Of a stretch of DNA of 64,000 nucleotides, positions 23,180 through 45,326 are shown one piece after another. The DNA comes from Macrostomum lignano (taxonomy: Eukaryota). The position numbers and the translations under genes were made by a program. The stretch spans positions 7,099 through 71,098 of the forward strand of contig NIVC01002111.1 in the NCBI GenBank assembly GCA_002269645.1. Direction: 5' to 3'. Every line of letters begins with the position of its first letter. Position 1 is the first letter of the stretch. The notes under the pieces are model-generated. The model was not told where the DNA came from. It did no database searches and saw only the letters and a program-made list of their open reading frames with translations.

Positions 23180-26100
23180 ATTAGTAATGCCAAAAATTGT
23201 GCCACTAAATTTTGTTTAAGATTGTAAAAATTGCGTTTGGTTCAATATGGAATTGCGCACCGAAAAATAGTCGCAATTTTCCATTTTATATGCCAGATGC
23301 AAGAATTCCATGCTGGATGATTGTATACCACATACACCAGGGACCTCAGTGTGCACCATGATTGTGCGCCAAGTGTGCCAAGGACCCCTTGTGTGCACTG
23401 GAATTTTTCATGGCAAAGGCCACCTTCTTGACTATGGTACACACAAAGGAATTCTCTAGCACATATGGCATATATAGCACATAGCAGGCTATACTTGTCA
23501 CAGACATAGTCTATATAGTAAAATCTTAGTTCACATATAAAGTATGACATATAAATGTGTACTTGCTCCTTTTTCAAATATTCAATTCAATTTAAATAGC
23601 ACAAATAGCATATAGGCTATATAAGGCCTATTTTCAAATATACAAATAATACATATTGCATTGAAAATTTTAAATATTACAACAATCATTATCTTATTAA
23701 TCTTAAACTTAAAGAAAAAATTTAAATATATATTAAATTTAAAATTGTATTAATCTTATAAATTTCAACTAATTCATAATTTTTTAGAATTGTGACTATT
23801 ATTTTGCTTTCATTTATGACTGATTCATTTTGCAAAACCTAAAACCTTTAAGTAAGATTATGCTGCCATATCATATATAGCTAGACCTACTAAGCCTAAT
23901 AGTAATACAAGTTGCACATTACTTTTTTCTTGGCCCAGATGCACTTACAGCGGCTACAGCACTTTTTTACTTGACGCAAGGCGCACAGTTAAAAAAATGA
24001 CTGGGGATTTGTTGTGGCGCACATGGTGCACCTTCCTGACCATGGGGCCCAGCCCAGGTCTAGAACTTAGAATTAGAACTGACTAAGTTCAAGTTCTAAA
24101 AAATAAAAGAATAAACCACTCGACGGCCATTCATTAGTGGCCACAAAATGAGGTGTAGCTATAAGAACGCACGCCGTTCTGCTCAAAAAGTCAGCTTCCC
24201 AAGACCAAGATTAAAATATAAACATATTTTTTGTAAACAACTTGTAGATGAAACGTTGTATGACTTAAAACTCAGTTTCACTGAATTCTTTATGTATAGT
24301 AGGTTTAGAACGAATAACATACATAACAAAGATTCTTTTGTTCACGTTCACTTACTTACATAAGAACTAATTTTCTAGCGGAATTGATGTGACGTACGCG
24401 ACGTCCGACGTGTAAAGTATCTTCTAGGAAGATTGTGTATTTAAAATGTTTAACCTAACAGTAAAACAACAAAACTTAATGCAAAAAATATAAATGTATT
24501 AAAAATTGCAAAAAGTAAACTATTGAACTACAGTATTCAAGTTGTAATAAATTATTTTGAGTTGTAATTAAATTATTTTGCATCTTATGATTAGCTTAAT
24601 TTTAAGAAAGGTATTTTCTGCGAAGTCGGAACAAATGAGTAAGTTCAGTTGATTTAAGTAATAAGTAGCTAGTTCAAGTTTAGTTTTCATTATCTTATTT
24701 GATACGTACGAGATTGTGATACAGTATATCTGTTCCTTGCCTTTCATTTGCCTATCAAACGGCTTTGTGTTTTATTTAGATTTTGCTGGAATTCTATCAG
24801 GTAGCGGAGTCTGCAGCTGCCCAGTACTTTTTGTCTTTGGTTGGGTTACTGACGGGCGAGATTATATCGCTATACTACTAACATCTGTATGTACTAAAGA
24901 CTTTCCGTGTCATTTTGCGTTTTGCCTGATAGCAGTGATGCCCAGAAGTGCGAGTTATTTTGTTGGATAAGTTAGAAGTTTTGTACAATTGTTTTGGTTA
25001 TTATAGTACAATTTTATTAGACAATTTTAATTCAAATAAGATCGACATTGTCATTGATTGTAGGGGCCAATGACAATGTCATTGACTGTGATATGGCAAT
25101 ATGCAAATTTTGATATACTTGTTAACTTGTATAATGTCATTGATGACAATGGCAAAAAACCAACAATTTGCAATTGGCAGTGCTTATCCCCACGGTACCA
25201 TAGGAATAATTTCTGTCTTATTCCAATGGTACCATGGGAATAATTTTCTGCTTATCTGCATAGCACACTGACGAGATAGCTGCCCTATCTTCTACATATG
25301 CCGTGGGCATAATTTAGTACTTAGTTTAGTACTTACGGTTTAAATGCAGTTTAACAACATAACTTTGCTTGGTCATTATTTTTATAGAAGTAAAAATTAA
25401 TTGGCCTTTTTATGCAAAAAACACATTTATGACATATGATTTAAGGTAAATTGCTCTAGTAATTGTTTATAATTTGAATTTTTAGCAAAGTAATACATGC
25501 AGTGAGATCCCCGATTAAAGTCCATCACTGCTTTTGTAGACTTCTACTAGACATGTAAATTTGCAATTTGTTTATATAGATTATTGCATTGCTTCAACAA
25601 TCCGCCCTATCTCGTCAGTGTGCCATGTGGATAAGCAGAAAATTATTCCCATGGCATATGTAGAAGATGGGGCAGCTATCTCGTCAGTGTGCCATGCGGA
25701 TAAGCAGAAAATTATTCCCACGGTACCATTGGAATAAGAAAGAAATTATTCCTACGATACCATATAGATAAGCACTGCCTTTGCAATTTGACAAGGTTTT
25801 AAACTACTTACATCTTAAGTAAAATAATAAGAGTTGTCTAAACATATTCATTTTTGCAGTTGTTAATTTGACTTGAGAGTTTTTTATAGTAAGTTAGGCC
25901 TTATATACCAGGATCATGTAGCATAGCATTGTATGCTAGAGCAAAAATTGTTTCCCTAGCTCATGTATGCCTATGTACTCTGCTAATAGACTTATTATGT
26001 ACAAACATATCCTACCAAAACAAGAATTAAAAAATATAACATATTTAGATTTGGTTGCATAAGATAAAGCTTGAACTCTATGCTGACACATTTACTCCTT

Positions 26101-27180
26101 TCATACCTTCCTCTTTTCAGACTAATGACTCAATCCTAGATTCTAAATCAGTAGGATATAAAACCTATATCTCTTCATTATTATAGTTTTCCATAGCACT
26201 CATACTTTCTTTAATATTCACTGTTTAGCTTCATACTAGGCCCTATCTTCCTTAGTATTTACACCTTCTATAGTCATAGATTCACTGGCTTTCATGCCTT
26301 TTTTCTTGGCACTTACACTATCTCTAGTTGTTTTGATAACTTCTACCAGTCTTTTTGATAAACTGTCTATTAGGCCTAGTGAGCTTTGTGCCATTTCTAT
26401 GTTCAATATTTAAACTGGAATTCATTAAGGCTCATCACCCAACCCAACAACCTGAAACTTGAAAAGCAGCATATACTATAGTGAAAATCCTAGTTTTTTT
26501 TTAATCTGCACCAATGTAAAGTTAATAAAAAATATATTTGAAATAAAATTGCTTATAGGCCAACTTTTTATATAGTATATTCTTTCAAAAAGAGTTTTGA
26601 TAAACCTTAAAGTGTCTATTTTTGAGAGCTGTTATTTATTTTTTTCCTTCTAAGTTCTATTATTATTTTCTATTTTAGTTTTCTTTTATTTTTAAAGAGC
26701 TTTCTTTGTTTAATATTTAGTTACACGATATACACTAAGCCTAAACTTGGCTATTTTTCTATGCCATAATATAGTCTTGGTATATAGACCTAAAAAGTCT
26801 ATATACCAAGATTGTTAGTAAAAAAGGGCAAAAATATGCTAGACTTTTTCAACATAAAGGCTAGGCCCTATCTTCTAGATTATATATTTTAGCCAATATC
26901 AACTATACTAAGAACTTTCCTTTTTGACTAGACACCTACCCATTCTTTCCCTTGCATGTATATAGGGGCTGCAACCCCTCTCTTGCATGTGCTCCTATAC
27001 TTTCTACCTATAGTCAGAAAGATGGCCTTTGCCAGAGAAAATTCTAGTCTACACAAGGGGTCCAAGATGCACTTAGTACACAATCATACTCTGTATATAA
27101 TCACAATGCATACAAGAGGTCCTTGGTGCATTTGGCGCAAAACATCTTTAATATATGTATTGCACAATTTTTTGGCATAA
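23180..27180. repeat. Old dispersed repeat family: inverted pair at ~23330-23440 (+) and ~27005-27140 (-), plus a partial direct copy near 21290-21350
   Basis: GGACCCCTTGTGTGCACTGGAATTTTTCATGGCAAAGGCC versus the reverse complement of GGCCTTTGCCAGAGAAAATTCTAGTCTACACAAGGGGTCC. Confidence 0.7.
25176..25779. mobile_element. Non-autonomous Mutator-like (MULE) MITE, 604 bp
   Basis: TIRs of ~125 bp begin GGCAGTGCTTATC and end GATAAGCACTGCC. Perfect 9-bp direct flanks TTTGCAATT at 25167-25175 and 25780-25788. Extra subterminal copy at ~25605-25660; no ORF. Confidence 0.85.
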
Positions 27181-27925
27181 TTGATATAAAGCATATAATT
27201 ATTTCTTATTCTAACTTGCATATCCAAATGTATAATTTTTATATGTTTATAGATTACATTGAGACATTTTAGTGAATGGATGTTTCATTATCAATAAAAA
27301 GTGGTTTTTCAGTAAAGGGCTCATTGAAAAAATAATAAAGGAAATAAAATTGTACTAGTAAATTATTAGAAAAAACAATTAAATTTAAATATTGTGCAAA
27401 GCTAACAATTAAACAAAGCCAAAAAGTATTGAAATTTCAAAAAGTGTAAGCTATGGAACTCTGTAGAGTATAACACTTTATGCAATTTTTTGCTATGGAG
27501 CTCTATTTTTGTTTTAAATTTTTTGTTTGTCTTATTTTTCATCTTTAATCTAAACCCAATAATTAACCAAGGTGTCTAGTTTTTTATGGTTTTTAACCAG
27601 TTTATCATTTTACAGTTTAGAACATAATAAACAATGCATAGATGGTACATAAAAAATGTTTTGATTCACACTGTGCCACCTTCCTTACTATGGCTTTCTA
27701 CATTTGTAAACATTAGCATTTGTAATTTTGAAGAGGATTAGACCATCCAATATACTAAAATTTCAATGTTTTTATTTAATTTATATACAGTTTGATATCT
27801 AGATGCCTGTTTATATTGTGTTTAATATAGGTTTTTGAATAAATGTAATATATTATTAATATCAGATTATAGGCCAATCGATACAAAATGTGCACAAATT
27901 AATTTGTCCACCACCTTCAGCACTC

Positions 27926-30900
27926 ATGTCTGAAACAGACAATCTGTGTGACCGCTTAAAGAGCCTTGTTTTGCATGGCAACAATTCGAACAATGCTGAT
28001 GAGGCAATTGTTTTGTACAAGTGAGTCTCTGCAAGATATTCAGTACTTGTGTTGCCATGCATATCGCCATTATTTAAATTAGTTTCAATACTGTTATAAT
28101 CGATATTTACTCAATTTAACAGACAGCTAGTCGAAATGGATAGGTCCCAGGTTCGAACCTGCCTGGATAGAATCGATTTATTCGATTTGGCTCATTGCGT
28201 TGAGGCTTGTCTGTTGAATTCTACATCAGCTGATTTGTCAAAGTCGACACTGGTGGACACGCTGCGTGACATTGGCAGCCTGCTGTTGACCAGTAGGCCG
28301 CCGCTCGACCCCAAAGGTGGCTCCTTGTCGGCCAAACGGCAGGCGGAGTTCCTGCGCGCTCTAGACGGCTGCAAAAGCATCGAGGCTCGGGTGTTTTGCG
28401 TGCACCGACTGACTGAAGCTGCCGAGAAGACTGCTCAGGTGTGGAGTCTGGGTTATGCGATTGTGGTTTAGATTTAGTTTAGAATAATAATCACAGATGT
28501 GGGATGATGTGGGATCTCAACACTCCAGGCTGTGGGATCTCAGCATTCTAGGATGTGGGATCTTAACACTCTAGCATGTGGGATCTCAACACTCCAGAGT
28601 GTGGGATCACAACACTCCAGGATGTGGGATCCCAACACTCCAGGATGTGGTATCTCAACACTCAACACTAGGATGTGGGATCTCAACACTCCAGTATGGG
28701 GGATCTCAACACTAGGATGTGGGATTTCAACACTCCAGGATGTGGGATCTCAACACTCCAGGATGTGGGATCTCAACACTCCAGGATGTGGGATCTCAAC
28801 ACTCCAGGATGTGGGATCTCAACTCTCCAGGATGTGGCATCTCAACGCTCCAGGATGTGGGATCTCAACGCTCCACGATGTTGGATCTCAACACTAGGAT
28901 GTGGGATCTCAACACTCCAGGATGTGGGATCTCAACACTCCATGATGTTGGATCTCAACACTAGGATGTGGGATCTCAACACTCCAGGATGTGGGATCTC
29001 AACGCTCCATGATGTTGGATCTCAACACTAGGATGTGGGATCTCAGAACTCCAGTATGGGGGATCTCAACACTAGGATGTGGGATCTCAACACTCCAGGA
29101 TGTGGGATCTCAACACTCCAGGATGTGGGATCTCAACACTCCAGGATGTGGGATCTCAACACTCCAGGATGTGGGATCTTAACACTCCAGGATGTGGGAT
29201 CTCAACACTCGGATGTGGGATCTCAACACTCCAGTATGGGGGATCTCAACACTCCAGGATGTTGGATCTCAACACTAGGATGTGGGATCTCAACACTCCA
29301 TGATGTTGGATCTCAACACTAGGATGTGGGATCTCAAAACTCCAGTATGGGGGACCTCAACACTAGGATGTGGGATCTCAACACTCCAGGATGTGGGATC
29401 TCAACACTCCAGGATGTGGGATCTCAACACTCCAGGATGTGGGATCTCAACACTAGGATGTGGGATCTCAACACTCCAGGATGTGGGATCTCAACACTCC
29501 AGGATGTGGGATCTCAACACTCCATGATGTGGGATCTCAACACTCCATGATGTTGGATTTCAACACTAGGATGTGAGATCTCAAAACTCCAGTATGGGGG
29601 ATCTCAACACTAGGATGTGGGATCTCAACACTCCAGGATGTGGGATCTCAACACTCCATGATGTGGGATCTCAACACTAGGATGTGGGATCTCAACACTC
29701 CAGGATGTGGGATCTCAACACTCCAGGATGTGGGATCTCAACACTCCAGGATGTGGGATCTCAACACTCCATGATGTGGGATCTCAACACTCCATGATGT
29801 TGAATTTCAACACTAGGATGTGAGATCTCAAAACTCCAGTATGGGGGATCTCAACACTAGGATGTGGGATCTCAACACTCCAGGATGTGGGATCTCAACA
29901 CTCCAGGATGTGGGATCTCAACTCTCCAGGATGTGGCATCTCAACGCTCCAGGATGTGGGATCTCAACACTCCAGGATGTGGGATCTCAACACTAGGATG
30001 TGGGATCTCAACACTCCAGGATGTGGGATCTCAACACTTCAGGATGTGGGATCTCAACGCTCCATGATGTTGGATCTCAACACTAGGATATGGGATCTCA
30101 AAACTCCAGTATGGGGGATCTCAACACTAGGATGTGGGATCTCAACACTCCAGGATGTGGGATCTCAACGCTCCAGGGTGTGGGATCTCAACACTCCAGG
30201 ATGTGGGATCTCAACGCTCCAGGGTGTGGGATCTCAACACTAGGATGTGGGAGCTCAACACTCCAGTATGGGGGATCTCATCACTCCAGGATGTGGGATC
30301 TCAACACTCCAGGATGTGGGATCTCAACATTCCATGATGTTGGATCTCAACACTAGGATGTGGGATCTCAAAACTCCAGTATGGGGGATCTCAACACTAG
30401 GATGTGGGATCTCAGCACTCCAGGATGTGGGATCTCAACAAAGCATCTATTATATCGGTTTTCATTAATCCAATGATTTCAGTCGGATTCAGATTCCGAA
30501 ATAGCCTGGAATCACGGCCTACTCCGCTGCCTCGCCAATCTGCTCGGCGAAGGCGAAGGCGACGATGATGAAGGAGTTTCATTAGCCGTGTCTGCGTCAA
30601 AATTTTGGCTGGCCGCAGCCTCCGGCGGCCGCAGCAACGGGCTGGATTGTCGGCTGCTGTCCGGCGACCTGTCCAACGTATTCGCCGATCGGGTGTGCCG
30701 CCGCGAGAGCCCGGTTGTTCGAATGCGCGGCTTGGAATTGGCGGCCAGATTGGCGGTTAGAAATCCGGCCGCGTTGGTTGCTATGGAAACGGCTGGCCTA
30801 TTGGGACGATTAGTTGAAGACGCTGTTGGAACGGAGGGCGGATCTGGGATCGGCTCTGATCCTCTGCTGGCGGTTAATTGTCTAGAGGTGCTGGGGCTGC

Positions 30901-33346
30901 TGGCCATGTGTCATCACGGGCTGGCCTGGCTGCAGAGGTGAGACTGGGGATCCGGGATTCGCCATCTAGAGATTTAGCTTGATAATCTGGGGATTTAGGT
31001 TGATAATCTGGGGATTTAGGTTGATCATCTGGGAATTTAGGTTGATAATCTGGGAATTTAGGTTGATAATCTGGGAATTTAGGTTGATCATCTGGGTATT
31101 TAGGTTTATCATCTGGGGATTTAGGTTGACCATCTGGGGATTTAGGTTGATCATCTGGGGATTTAGGTTGATCATCTGGAAATTTAGATTGATAATCTGG
31201 GAATTTAGGTTGATCATCTGGGGATTTAGGTTGATAATCTGGGAATTTAGGTTAATAATCTGGGAATTTTGGTTGATAATCTGGAAATTTAGGTTGATAA
31301 TCTGGGAATTTAGGTTGATAATCTGGGGATTTAGTTTGATAATCTGGGAATTTTGGTTGATAATCTGGGAATTTAGGTTGATAATCTGGGAATTTAGGTT
31401 GATAATCTGGGGATTTAGGTTGATCATCTGGAAATTTAGGTTTATAATCTGGGGATTTAGGTTGATAATCTGGGAATTTAGGTTAATAATCTAGGAAATT
31501 GTATAGATAATTCAGGTACTTAAATTTATCATCTAAAGAGTTACATGAATAATCGGGAACCCTTTAGAATGATTGTAGTAAATCTTAAGATTTAGATTAA
31601 CATCATCATCTCTGAGTAGTCAGTCTTGTTATCTTTAGATCAGGCCTTCTATTTCGCCTTGATCGACTCCTGTCACCCAGCGGCGGTGACGTCATCGCCT
31701 CGCTGCTCAGGCCGCAGCTGATGCGTCTGTTTGGTCACGTGACCGCCGCCGCTCCCAACCCGGACGCTGTCCTGTCTGCCTGTCCGGGATTTTTAGCCAG
31801 CCTGCAGGACGGACTAGCTTCGAACTCCTCGACCGATCAGGATGCTTTCGTTGCCATGGCAACCGTCGGACACATTGGCGCCGGCTCGGTCGCCGGAAAA
31901 TCGGCCGCTTTGGCCCGGCCGGAGCTGGTGCGGCCACTGGCCGAGATTCTCCGGCGTTCGCCTCGTTCGGAGCCGCGCGCCCGAGCTTTGGCGGCCATTC
32001 GAGACCTTCTCAAGGTGAACGGCGACTGGTCCGCTGCCGAGCGATCAGAAGCCGCCACGGTGGCCGAGCGACTCTGGTCCGGTCCGCTTAGTTTGCGTTT
32101 GGCCGAGATTGAAAAACTTGCGCGGGTGCCGTTTCCGGAAATTCGATTAGAAGCGTTCGGGCTGCTGGCTGCTATTGCGGAACAGGTTAGATTCATTATT
32201 AATATATATTGCCTGTTGTGTCGGTTGTAGATTCCCTTTTTATTGTTAAACATAGAAACTGACGTCATATAGTGTAGGTTAGTTCTAAAAAAGAAACTAA
32301 CGTCATATAGTGTAGGTTAGTTCTAAAAATAGAAACTGACGTCATATAGTGTAGGTTAGTTCTAAAAATAGAAACTGACGTCATATAATGTAGGTTAGTT
32401 CTAAAAATAGAAACTCACGTCATATAGTATAGTGAGGCGTAAGGCCTTAATTAGTTCAATAGATAGAATGGCAGCGAAGAGTTTTGTGCTGCTTTGCGCA
32501 TATATTTATATTCACACAAACTGCGCGAGATTCATGAGGGCCCAAGGAAGGTGCGAACAGGTGGCGTGGCGTGATAGGCTACGCCAACCCCCTTGGCTTA
32601 GCGAGCCGGCTAGCCTGGTGCGCAACCACCCCACCTCAGCTAGACAGAGGTTGGAGGGTTTCCAGTGCGGCTGCACTGGTGCTGCCGGTCGCGTACAGTC
32701 TGGCCGCCACAAAAGGTTAATTAAAAAAATAAAAACTGGCGTCATATATTGTAGGTTAGTTCAAAAAAGAAACTGACGTCATATAGTATAAGCCACTAGT
32801 TCTAAAAATAGAATCAGACGTCATATAGTATAGGTTAGTTCTAAAAATAAAAGCTAGTATAGGCCACTAGTTCTAAAAATAGAAACTGACGACATATTTT
32901 ATTGGTTAGTTCTAAAAATAGAATCAGACGTCATATAGTATAGGTTAGTTCTAAAAATAGAAGCTGACGTCTTAGGCTTCTATAAAGTAGTTATAAAATT
33001 ATTTTTTCTTCTTTCTATATTACAGAGTATAGAGTAATTTGAGATTGTGTACATTGACTAGCGACTATTATCCTTACTGTTTCAAATGCCATCGCCAACA
33101 CAGGACTGGGCTGCCAGCCTCATCGCAGCAGAGCCCAGCCTCCTAGAATTCCTACTCGACCGTCGGACCGAATCTACTCACGAATCGGCCGTCAGCAAAT
33201 TTGCCGTAGTTGAAGCCGCCTGCCGTTGTCCCGGCTTTGCTAGCGGCGTGTTCAGCGGTCCGGATCAACTGCGACTGCGCCTGCACGTCAAACAGGGCCT
33301 GTATTATGCCCCTGCTCAGGCTAATGTGGCCACTGAGGACGCTTGA
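27926..33346 (+). CDS. PSMD5: 26S proteasome non-ATPase regulatory subunit 5 (S5b/Hsm3 assembly chaperone), 5 exons
   Basis: Exons 27926-28020, 28123-28438, 30483-30937, 31639-32185, 33104-33346 with consistent phases. DPLLAVNCLEVLGLLAMCHHG, PFPEIRLEAFGLLAAIAEQ|DWA and EFLLDRRTE...LRLHVKQGLYY match PSMD5 motifs. Confidence 0.88.
28495..30440. repeat. Intronic minisatellite, 23-bp unit GATGTGGGATCTCAACACTCCAG with 16-bp deletion variants
   Basis: 1.95-kb array in PSMD5 intron 2; source of the many MGSQHSRMWDLNT ORFs. Confidence 0.97.
30968..31495. repeat. Intronic minisatellite, 21-bp unit TTGATAATCTGGGGATTTAGG
   Basis: Fills PSMD5 intron 3. Confidence 0.96.
32245..32975. repeat. Intronic minisatellite, 39-bp unit GACGTCATATAGTGTAGGTTAGTTCTAAAAATAGAAACT, interrupted by a ~290-bp GC-rich insert (~32435-32725)
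   Basis: Tandem copies on both sides of the insert; related units recur at 33610-33790. Confidence 0.9.
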
Positions 33347-33983
33347 ATTATACCAGCTATTGAAACTGACATTTAATGTGTTATCCTGACCTCTGATTTC
33401 ATTTAATATCCAACAGCGTTTCTTTACGAAAGTTGCGATTAATAAATACAAAGCATTTTATTTATAAGAATTATCTTAAGTTCTCGCCAGCTTTAATAGT
33501 ATGTGTGCTGTGATTTTTTTCAATTTAAACCTTTGATTTGATAAACATAATTTATGTTCATAAGCTGCGTTTCATCTAAATACATCATAGATACTGAAGT
33601 CAATAACTTCTAGGGTCGATTCTATAACTTGGAGTTTGATTCTAAAAATAGAATCTGACGTTAGTAGCTTTCCAGGTTTGATTCTAAAAATAGAATCTGA
33701 CGTCAGTGGCTTTTCAGGGTTGGTTCTAAAAATAGAATCTGACGTTAGTAGCTTTCCAGGTTTGATTCTAAAAATAGACTATAGAATTTAGTAGGAATCG
33801 TTGCTATCACTTTTTTCCTAGGCACAATTACATTGTAATTCTGCATTTTATGATGTCCAGCCTTCGCGACCGCGGCAAAAGCTGATTGCTGAAAAAGCCA
33901 ATAATAAAGACAAAGACGCAAACATTGAAAATCAGACAACAGCCAAGGTAGCCGTGTCAGACACGGCTAGTCCTGCTGCCCAG

Positions 33984-42500
<8,517 letters not shown>

Positions 42501-43449
42501 AACTGCACTCGCACGCGCTTGCACTACTGCCCTAAGTAGTTAGTAGTAGCTATTTAAATATTATCTGAGGTGACGGTCTGTTTTATGTATGAAATTTTCT
42601 TATCTTTTTTCCGTCCCTCGCTTTGGTAATAAAATATTTTATCATTTTCATGTCAGTGCCTTATAGCAGTAGGGAGTGCCTATTATATTTTTGATCTCTT
42701 CAACTTTATAACTTAATTATGGGTCTCGTGAAAGTGTTTCAATTTTTGGGCAGGAATTTTATTGCCTTCTACCTTCTGCGGCTGTTTTGTATAGTTCTGA
42801 TATATTTATTTATTTTTCTATCATTTACTTTTCGCGATTGCGTCATACTCATACTACTCACTTGATATATTGTAAGTAGTGTACGCTGCGTATGGATGTA
42901 AAAATTTATGCTTTCATTTAATTTTGTCAGCTCTCATTTTGTCGTCACACTGTTCCTCTGTGAAGCCTTGACGCTTATTACAAATTTGATTATTTATTTT
43001 GCTAAAACTGTTTGTTTCTGCGCATTCCATTTTCTCTGAAGGATTTTAAAACTATATTTTTGGCGACATTTTCTGGCTGATTTTTTCTCGGTGCTTTGGT
43101 GTTCCCGATTAGGCAGAACAAATTGACATATTTTTGTTGGCGAGAAAAGTTCACTGCGTATTCTCTGTGTAGGATTAACTCTTATTAATTGCTGGCACCA
43201 AATCAGAAATTTGTTCTGTTCGACCAGAGATTGAATATTTTGTTTTCAAAGATTATTCATTTTTGTACGTGTATATTTCTTAGAATTTCCCTCTGCGCTC
43301 TATTTCCAATTAGCTTGGGCATCAGAGCCGCGGCAAACAATATAAAGGAATATTTTTCAACCCAACCCATCGGCTGGCGTCAGATTTTACTCGCATTGTG
43401 CAAACACTTGTTAGTGCCTTCCCAGTGTGTTGCGGCTTTTAGGGTTTAG

Positions 43450-43524
43450 GGACAGCAGACAGACACACAGACACACAGACAGAGACACACAGACAGACAC
43501 ACAGGCAGACAGACAGACAGACAC

Positions 43525-43603
<79 letters not shown>

Positions 43604-43638
43604 TACAGACAGACAGACAGACACACAGACAGACAGAC

Positions 43639-43687
<49 letters not shown>

Positions 43688-43754
43688 CACAGACAGACAG
43701 ACAGACAGAAAAACAGACAAGCAGACAGACAGACAAACAAACAAACAAACAGGC

Positions 43755-43791
<37 letters not shown>

Positions 43792-43987
43792 CACACACAG
43801 ACAGACAGCAGACAGACAGACAGACAGACACACAGACAGACAGACAGAAAGAAAGACAGACAGACAGACAGACAGAAAAACAGACAAGCAGACAGACAGA
43901 CAAACAAACAAACAGGCAGACAGACAGACAGAAAGACAGACAGACAGACAGACAAAAAAACAGACAAGCAGACAGATAGACAAACAA

Positions 43988-44056
<69 letters not shown>

Positions 44057-44162
44057 AAGACAGACAAAAAAACAGACAAGCAGACAGACAGACAAACAAA
44101 CAAACAAACAGACAGACAGAAAGACAGACAGACAGGCAGACAGACAGACAGACAGGCAGACA
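43450..44162. repeat. (GACA)n compound microsatellite
   Basis: About 700 bp of GACA with AAAC and GAAA variants. Confidence 0.97.
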
Positions 44163-44524
44163 GGAGTATTTGTGAACGTCAATATTAGTCCATAAAAAGT
44201 AGCAAGAGCAGAAAAGCAGATTCTATTATTGTTCACAATCAAGCGCAATGTACAAAATGTTGCTCTTTATTCCGTGCGCAGAATGCCAATATATTTAGCA
44301 ATGGATCGATACTGCCGGAGCTAATTTTAGGTTGAAAATTGGTACAAAAGGGATTGTAGTTGTAACCTCACTCGTAAATTCCTTCAAGCAAGCCTGCTCA
44401 CGTTAAAAGACGATTTCCTGTTTGTTCCCGTACTGTCTTTTGCAGGTGCTGCAAGCTAAATTATGGACCCGCTGCATATAACCTGAATAATTTTATGACT
44501 GGCTTATGGATACCTTGAAATATG

Positions 44525-45225
44525 TCATTAAAACTCCTAAATCTACAGTCAAAACTCCCAAATCTACAGTCAAAACTACCAAATCTATCTAGAGTCAAAA
44601 CTCACAAATCTACAGTCAAAACTCACAAATCTACAGTCAAAACTCACAAATCTACAGTCAAAACTCACAAATCTACAGTCAAAACTCACAAATCTACAGT
44701 CAAAACTCACAAATCTACAGTCAAAACTCACAAATCTACAGTTAAAACTCACAAATCTACCATCAAAACTCAAATCTACAGTCAAAACTCCCAAATCTAC
44801 AGTCAAAACTACCAAATCTATCTAGAGTCAAAACTCACAAATCTACAGTCAAAACTCACAAATCTACAGTTAAAACTCACAAATCTACCATCAAAACTCA
44901 AATCTACAGTCAAAACTCCCAAATCTACAGTCTAAACTTTTAAATCTACAGTCAAAACTCTCAAAATTGTGGTAGAAACTGCCAAATCTAAAGCCAAAAC
45001 TTCCAAATATACAGTCAAAACTCACTAAATTGCGGTAGAAACTGCCAAATCTACAGCCAAAACTCCCAAATCTACAGTCAAAACTCATTAAATTGCGGTA
45101 GAAACTGCCAAATCTACAGCCAAAACTCCCAAATCTACAGTCAAAACTCATTAAATTGCGGTAGAAACTGCCAAATCTAAAGCCAAAACTCCCAAAATCT
45201 CCAGTCAAAACTTCAAAATCTCCTG
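44525..45225. repeat. Minisatellite, 21-bp unit AAATCTACAGTCAAAACTCAC
   Basis: Tandem array downstream of the SLC20 stop codon. Confidence 0.93.
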
Positions 45226-45326
45226 TGAAAACTTCAAAACTACAGGAAAAACTGCTTCTGTCGCAAATGTTTCGTTCCGCAGTTAATCTCGACGAGGCCG
45301 CAGACCGCGCTGATTTTGGAGCACCT

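Noticed and set aside
25265-25300. Hammerhead-like CTGACGA-GATAG-loop-CTATC in the MITE TIR
   Set aside because: The required GAAA after stem II is absent (TTCT instead).
28495-30440. CRISPR-like array
   Set aside because: No unique spacers and no cas genes, in a eukaryotic intronic context; the same holds for every array here.
28532-31494. Many MGSQHSRMWDLNT and LIIWEFR ORFs
   Set aside because: Artefacts of the 23-bp and 21-bp arrays inside PSMD5 introns.
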